A stretch of DNA of 55,532 bases from Octopus bimaculoides. Taxonomy: Eukaryota. The DNA lies in the NCBI RefSeq assembly GCF_001194135.2, contig NC_068993.1, positions 39,477,436 to 39,532,967 of the forward strand, given 5' to 3'. The position numbers were made by a program, and so were the translations under genes. This document shows positions 48,714-55,532 of the stretch, one piece after another; the first letter of the stretch is position 1, and every line of letters starts with the position of its first letter. The notes beneath the pieces were generated by a model. That model did no database searches, was not told the DNA's origin, and saw nothing but the letters and a program-made list of their open reading frames with translations.

Positions 48714-50432
48714 CATTTAAATTTATTGAATGCAAATATAGATATTGAATAAATGAAGTTCACCTGTCTCTCATTTTTATTCTCTTTCTGCCTATATCCT
48801 ATTAAAGCAATAACCGTGTTTACATTCAATATATAATAGAAATTTATTCTTTGAACAATCTTAGCTTTAATAAATTAATTAAAAAAAAATTGAATTTATT
48901 TACTTATTTAATTATATATTTTATCGGAGAAAATGCTTAATATTGGTTCTGTTTGTTTGTTATTGTAATAGATTTTTTTCAAAATTATATTTATATTTTT
49001 ATCAAAAGTAATTCATAAGCAGCTTCTATTTTAGAATATTTTATATTCTGGCTATGTAATTCATTTGTTTTATCCTACGTTTTATTCTATTTATTTATCT
49101 CGCTAACCTGCAGAGATAAGACGACTATTTGCATCTGAAGATAAATGATTAGAGGTAAAATGGTAACAAGAAAAAAGACGCCTGCTGCTGTCATAATTCA
49201 AGAACTTAAAAGAGATTAGGTTTGTGGAAGAATTTCTTGGTGCAGAGAACCAACTACAAGTTAATTTGCTGTAATTTCTCATTGCTGAAAGAGGTTTCGC
49301 TTTTAACTAGGAAGATAAACAGAATTACAAACAAACAAACAAAAGAAAAAAAAGAAGAGAGAGAGAGAAACAAAACAAGAATATTTTACGACGGTGTAAT
49401 AAAAAAAAATATAATATAAAAAATACCACGAAAAATATGATGAAAGAAGAAAGGAAGTGAAGAAGATAAAGGAAAATGAATGAAAGAAAACACAATAACA
49501 ACAACAACAACTACAACAACAATAAATATCTTAATGAAAAGCTGTGAAAGGAAAAAGTATTTTATGACGGAGTTTCATAATTAGATAAACCATCAAAAAA
49601 GATAGGACAAAATAAGTGGTGTTGATATTTGAAAGTCGTATATGTACACACATGCATACATACATATATATATATATGCATATATATTATATACTTATAT
49701 ACATACATATATATATTCATACATATACACACTCATATATATATGTATATACATGTGTGTGTGGGGGCGTGTGGGTCGAGGTAGGGGTGATTGTGTACAA
49801 TGAAGGTGGGAATAAATAGTTACGAAAAGTAGAAAACATTTCATATCAGAAAATATCAAAGGAAAACTTGAAATTTACCAACAAATGCAATGAAATTCAG
49901 ATTTTATCATATTGTTGCGATAATACATAGCAAAATCATCCCACATTCTCTTTCTTCCTCATTTCTCTGTAGCCATCTATAATATATATATATAGACATA
50001 CATACATATATATANNNNNNNNNNTATGTAATGTATGTATATATACATATATATTTGTGTGTATCTATCTATCTATTTATCTGTCTGCATATATATATAT
50101 ATATACATATAAATATATATAGGAATGTCTATATATATATACATGTATATATAATTATAAATATACCTATAAATATATAAGTATATATACGCACAGATAC
50201 GTACATACACAAATACACATACCTGAACACATACACACACACACACACACACATACACATCATAAGTGTAGGAACGAAATTTGCTTCGGAGATGCAAACC
50301 CAAGTTCAACCCAAGATGTTCAAAGCGTTTTCATTGCACTGCAATAAATTGCAGGGGGTGTTCACACCTTCTGTTCCCGAACCCACAATATATGTGTGTA
50401 TATATATAAATATCCGTATGTACATATGTATG

Positions 50433-50538
<106 letters not shown>

Positions 50539-50939
50539 CACAAACACACGCATAAACATCAACATGGGGGTACATGTTTAGCCCGAACTAACATATGCTC
50601 ATGGACACAAAACTGGGTGTTAGCTGGAGACTGAACAGCCTAATGTTTATTAACTGTATATTTAATGAAAACATATTTATAGATGAATAAATACAACCAC
50701 ACACTGACAAACATACAGACACAGACATACACACACATATATGTGCGTGTGTATGTGAGTGAGAGAGTGAGAGAAAGAGGAAGAGAGACGAAGAGAAAGA
50801 GAGATGATCAATGCAATGTATTAGCATTATGACTAATTGTAATCGAGTTAGAATTAAGAAGGGTATTGAAGTTTGAAATCTTTGGCCTCGTAATATAAAG
50901 CATCTCTAACTCGGAGCACCATAATATATATTCCTTTTA

Positions 50940-51285
50940 TTCTTTTACTTGCTTCAGTCACAGCGGCCATGCTGGAGCACCGCCTTTAGTCGAACAAATC
51001 GACCCCAGGACTTATTCTTTGTAAACCTAGTACTTATTCTATCGGGTGCTTTCTACAGGGTTGTAAACACACCAACATTGGTTGTCAAGCGATAGTGGGG
51101 TTTAAACACAAACACACACATATACGACGGGCTACTTTTAGATTACGTATACCAATTCCACTCACAAGGCTTTTATCGGCCTGAGGCTATAGGAGAAGAC
51201 ACTTGCCCAAGGTACCACATAGTGGGACTGAACCCGGAACCATGTGGTTAGGAAGCAAGCTTCTTACTACACAGCCACGCCTAAT
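50940..51285 (-). mobile_element. SINE family B, full length
   Basis: The minus strand reads taggcgtggctgtgtagtaagaagcttgc...gggttcagtcccact...ctggggtcgatttgttcgactaaaggcggtgctccagcatggccgc...gaagcaagtaaaaga. Confidence 0.92.
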
Positions 51286-51336
51286 AAGTACAGGAGTTAT
51301 ACCTGGGTTACTTCAAGTTTCATTTTCATATAACAT

Positions 51337-51464
51337 TGTCGTGTAATATGTTCCTGTCGTGTAATATGTTCCTGTCGTGTAATATGCTCCTGTCGTGTAA
51401 TATGTTCCTGTCGGGTAATATGTTCCTGTCGTGTAATATGTTCCTGTCGGGTAATATGTTCCTG
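51337..51464. repeat. 18-bp minisatellite, 7 units
   Basis: Unit TGTCG(T/G)GTAATATG(T/C)TCC. Confidence 0.95.
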
Positions 51465-52133
51465 AACGATTGCTGGATCGCACACGTTGCGATTTATATA
51501 TGCATAGCTGAATATTGAACGTTCTGGGCATGAAGTTTAAAGTTCCTCACGTATAATCACTGTTTTTATTAAATAATGGTTCACTCTCGCTTTATTGAAT
51601 GTAATTTGCTTAATCAATCAACATGCGAACAGTACACCACACACACACACATACATGTATAATTACTAATACGTATATACATCTGCATATGTTTGTACGT
51701 GTATGAATATATATATATATATATANNNNNNNNNNNNNNNNNNNNNNNNNNNNNNNNNNNNNNNNNNNNNNNNNNNNNNNNNNNNNNNNNNNNNNNNNNN
51801 NNNNNNNNNNNNNNNNNNNNNNNNNNNNNNNNNNNNNNNNNNNNATATATGCATATATGTATGTATGACATGTACTAACATTCGAATATATGCATTTCAG
51901 CTCCAATCTAGGTCTTCATTACCTCCTTTTATTCTTCTGAGTTATGTTAACTAAATGCTAGTGAAATACTGATGTTGATATGGTCGACTATACCTACCCT
52001 CAGATTTTTTGTACTGCATCCAAATTAGAAATCGGTATGTTAAAATTCAATACTCCATGCCTTCCTTACTCAAAATTCATAAGCAAGGAAGTGAAATGTT
52101 AGTCACCAATTTCAACTACTTTTTCTTTACGAG

Positions 52134-52243
52134 ATTATGATTCTATTTGCCTGAAAAAGCAATGTTCTCTATTAGATACTGTTCAGCCTAGGTACACATC
52201 GTCGACTGGGTATCTTGGGTGCACAGGATCCTTCTACTGCTCG
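52134..52243 (+). CDS. Candidate 110-nt exon
   Basis: Pyrimidine tract plus ag, one frame open throughout (DYDSICLKKQCSLLDTVQPRYTSSTGYLGCTGSFYCS), donor TCG|gtaagt. Confidence 0.25.
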
Positions 52244-53587
52244 GTAAGTTTCTATGTTGTTTGGGGGATATTTGTTAGTCTGAGTAAAGAGTGTAATTAT
52301 TAGATGATATTTATTCACCATATATGCATTCTGACCATACCCATCTTTTTGAGGGGTGTCCTATTTTGACCATGTTCATACATAGTATTTTCCCGCTAAA
52401 CTATAATTGTACGCATTTGTTCCTATGGAGAAGGAACTGGACACTTATAACTTTTATAACCACGGAGATGCTCACTCATTGGCCAATATGTGCGCTATGA
52501 TTATTTGAGAGACTGACTGATGAGTTAGCATAACTACTAAACTTCGAGAAGATCTCTCAGAAGTTGGTTAGTTTGAGAGGATCCATTTTAGCTTCCTTAT
52601 TGGCTTTGTTATATTAATAGGAACCTCCGTCTACGAATTACATCGCCTCTACATCATCATGTCTATACCATACAATATCACCACACGATCATAGCTATGA
52701 ATTATAATACTACCAAAGCATTCATACCACACCATGTCACCACAACATCATAACTATGGACACTATATTCGTACAATATCTAATAGTATCAACCCAATTG
52801 TCTATAGAGTATCTATATTGATGCGTGGCCTTCTTGTGATGGGATAATAAGATTAAGGTAAAAAGTAATGAACCAAGTAGCTGCCCAGGGAAACCGAACT
52901 CTGGACGCCATGATCGGGCAGGAATTTCTTAACCACTAGGGCATGCCTGAGTCACTACGGTATTGCTAAATTACCACTTCACAACTTCATTACACCATTA
53001 TACTGTACATATTCTCAGCTATTCAAACTTGGGCCAACAAACAAGCTTCTACATGGTTCCTGGATTTTCAAGAAATAATAGCCCCGTTTCTCTCAAATCA
53101 CACTGCGGTGTCTTTAAAATAGAAGGACGTATTTGATAATCTATTCCTAAATACAATGCAAGAAATATAGACGTTATAGCAACGGCTGGAATTCCTTTGA
53201 TTGTGGGCCAGTTCAAGCAAAGATAATCTGAGGCTAAATAACAATAATATCGACCAGACCAGCATACCACTTTCATCCCACCAGCCAACATTATTAGTTG
53301 TGTCAAGAAACAATAGTTCAACGAAGAAATCAACTGACTTTCTTCGTGTATTGATGAAAAACTATTTACCAACTGAAAAACTCATTTCTATTTTTGCTTT
53401 GTATTTGATATTCTTTTGTATTTGGTCTTTCTTTCGCAAAACATAAACTTTCAAAAGATTTATCCACTATTCCCTACCAAGCTATGTGTATATGTAAATG
53501 CGCTGACGATTATATATATATATATTTGTTGTGCATAAGTGTATACGTATACAGATACGAATCTGTCAGACTATCTATCTATCTATC

Positions 53588-53658
<71 letters not shown>

Positions 53659-54419
53659 ATATATATTTATTTATANNNNNNNNNNNNNNNNNNNNNNNNN
53701 NNNNNNNNNNNNNNNNNNNNNNNNNNNNNNNNNNNNNNNNNNNNNNNNNNNNNNNNNNNNNNNNNNNNNNNNNNNNNNNNNNNNNNNNNNNNNNNNNNNN
53801 NNNNNNNNNNNNNNNNNNNNNNNNNNNNNNNNNNNNNNNNNNNNNNNNNNNNNNNNNNNNNNNNNNNNNNNNNNNNNNNNNNNNNNNNNNNNNNNNNNNN
53901 NNNNNNNNNNNNNNNNNNNNNNNNNNNNNNNNNNNNNNNNNNNNNNNNNNNNNNNNNNNNNNNNNNNNNNNNNNNNNNNNNNNNNNNNNNNNNNNNNNNN
54001 NNNNNNNNNNNNNNNNNNNNNNNNNNNNNNNNNNNNNNNNNNNNNNNNNNNNNNNNNNNNNNNNNNNNNNNNNNNNNNNNNNNNNNNNNNNNNNNNNNNN
54101 NNNNNNNNNNNNNNNNNNNNNNNNNNNNNNNNNNNNNNNNNNNNNNNNNNNNNNNNNNNNNNNNNNNNNNNNNNNNNNNNNNNNNNNNNNNNNNNNNNNN
54201 NNNNNNNNNNNNNNNNNNNNNNNNNNNNNNNNNNNNNNNNNNNNNNNNNNNNNNNNNNNNNNNNNNNNNNNNNNNNNNNNNNNNNNNNNNNNNNNNNNNN
54301 NATATATATTTGTTGTGCACGCGAGTATATATATGCATGTGTGTGTGTGTGTGTGTGTGTATAGACACGTATACGTATGCACAAATATATATGATGCGTG
54401 TATATCTATTATTTTTTGT

Positions 54420-54570
54420 ACTTTTTCCACTCATTGGACCGTGGCCACTCAGGACCACTGTCTAGAAGTGTTTTTAGTTGATCAAATTGATCCCAGTACT
54501 TATATTTAGTCTGGTACATCTACCGGTTTCTTTTTTGAGCTGTCACTAAAATGTAAACAAACCTACGTCG
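54420..54570 (-). mobile_element. SINE family B tail, degenerate
   Basis: gatcaaattgatcccagtacttat...tctggtacatctaccgg. Confidence 0.55.
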
Positions 54571-55532
54571 GTCACCAGTTTTCTAGCTTTCGGAAAAACG
54601 TCACCAATCCCACAGAAATAAAGAATGCAACAGCACTGTCGTTCTCGCCCTCCCCATTCAACGGAAATTTTTGGCCCACTACGCTTTATTAATGAGAAGA
54701 CGTAACAGAGTTTGCAGCTGTATGATACTCTTTTCCTAGCTTTGTATGATACTCTTTTCCTAGCCATTGTGTTGGACAATTTTTAAATATTTCAAATAGT
54801 TTCTTAAGAAGCAACATAAAACGCTGTTTAAATCCTTCGAACCGAAACAGTTATTTAACGTAAATTTGTAAAACTTGAAATTCATTTTGCTTTTCTTAAT
54901 GGTTGCTTCTTTAATGAGTCTCATAAACTTGTAAATTTTTTCTGCTCCCAAATGTTCCTACATTTTTGCTAGACTTTTAGTCTTCAGTTACAATTTAATA
55001 CACATTCAGGATATATTCATTATAATAGAGTTTTTCATAAAGGTTGAATAAGAGCCCCGAAATTTTGTAGGGACTGAAAAAAGGGTGGAAAGATCACCTA
55101 CTCAGGAAAACATTAAGGTCATTTTAAACATTTAAAACTTACTATGGCGACAAGGAAACACGTGTTGTGTGTTCAAAGTGTTTCCGGAGAATGTGAAAGT
55201 GAACAGATACTTTTCCATCAAACTGGTCAACTCATATTTGTTGCATTGCTTTCAGATTTGCGACGGTTAATTCATCTGCTACAAGTCTGGAAATTCGAAA
55301 CTCTTGCGCTTTTGAAACTGAGAAACTCCCAACCCAGCATTCATGCCAAGACAAAAACAAAAAAAAAAAAAGGTAAGAAAAAGAAAAGAAAAACTCCTTC
55401 CCCTAAGTGTACAAAATTTGATTCATCATCCTCAGACATTGTATTAACCATTAGATATGATCTCAATTAGACAGTCCGCTTAAGTGCATGCTGGTTTTCT
55501 TTCATTTTTTCCCTACTTTTTCTATCCGAAAT

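Noticed and set aside
51297-51531. ORFs with RQEHIT / TGTYY repeats
   Set aside because: They are translations of the 18-bp minisatellite, with no splice or start context.
54620-54770. Minus-strand MARKRVSY... resembling a pogo-type transposase N-terminus, with a 24-bp tandem duplication
   Set aside because: Similarity is limited to about 8 residues, and no TIR or DDE region was found.

Overview
AT-rich, repeat-saturated animal genomic DNA from a gapped draft assembly (22 N-gaps, roughly 7.5 kb in total, most flanked by TA/CA microsatellites). The SINE families and overall texture point to an octopus genome; this is an inference from recalled repeat families, not a database hit. No complete host protein-coding gene can be recognised, and nearly all ORFs in the track are microsatellite or gap artefacts. 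Supportable content: (1) about 30 copies or fragments of two abundant tRNA-derived SINE families (here called A and B), plus a TSD-flanked family-C SINE and an unclassified family-D repeat; (2) decayed non-LTR retrotransposons: one RTE 3' end, one RTE-like 5' UTR and four R4/Dong-type RLE fragments tied to (TAA)n tracts; (3) a Penelope-like GIY-YIG C-terminus; (4) a mariner element with both TIRs, further mariner fragments and a Tigger/pogo-type MITE; (5) possible solo LTRs; (6) a 70-bp exact-period tandem array and an 18-bp minisatellite. The most striking unannotated signal is a near-complete type I hammerhead ribozyme at 30032-30082. Several short splice-site-bounded open segments may be exons of an unidentified gene, but none is proven.
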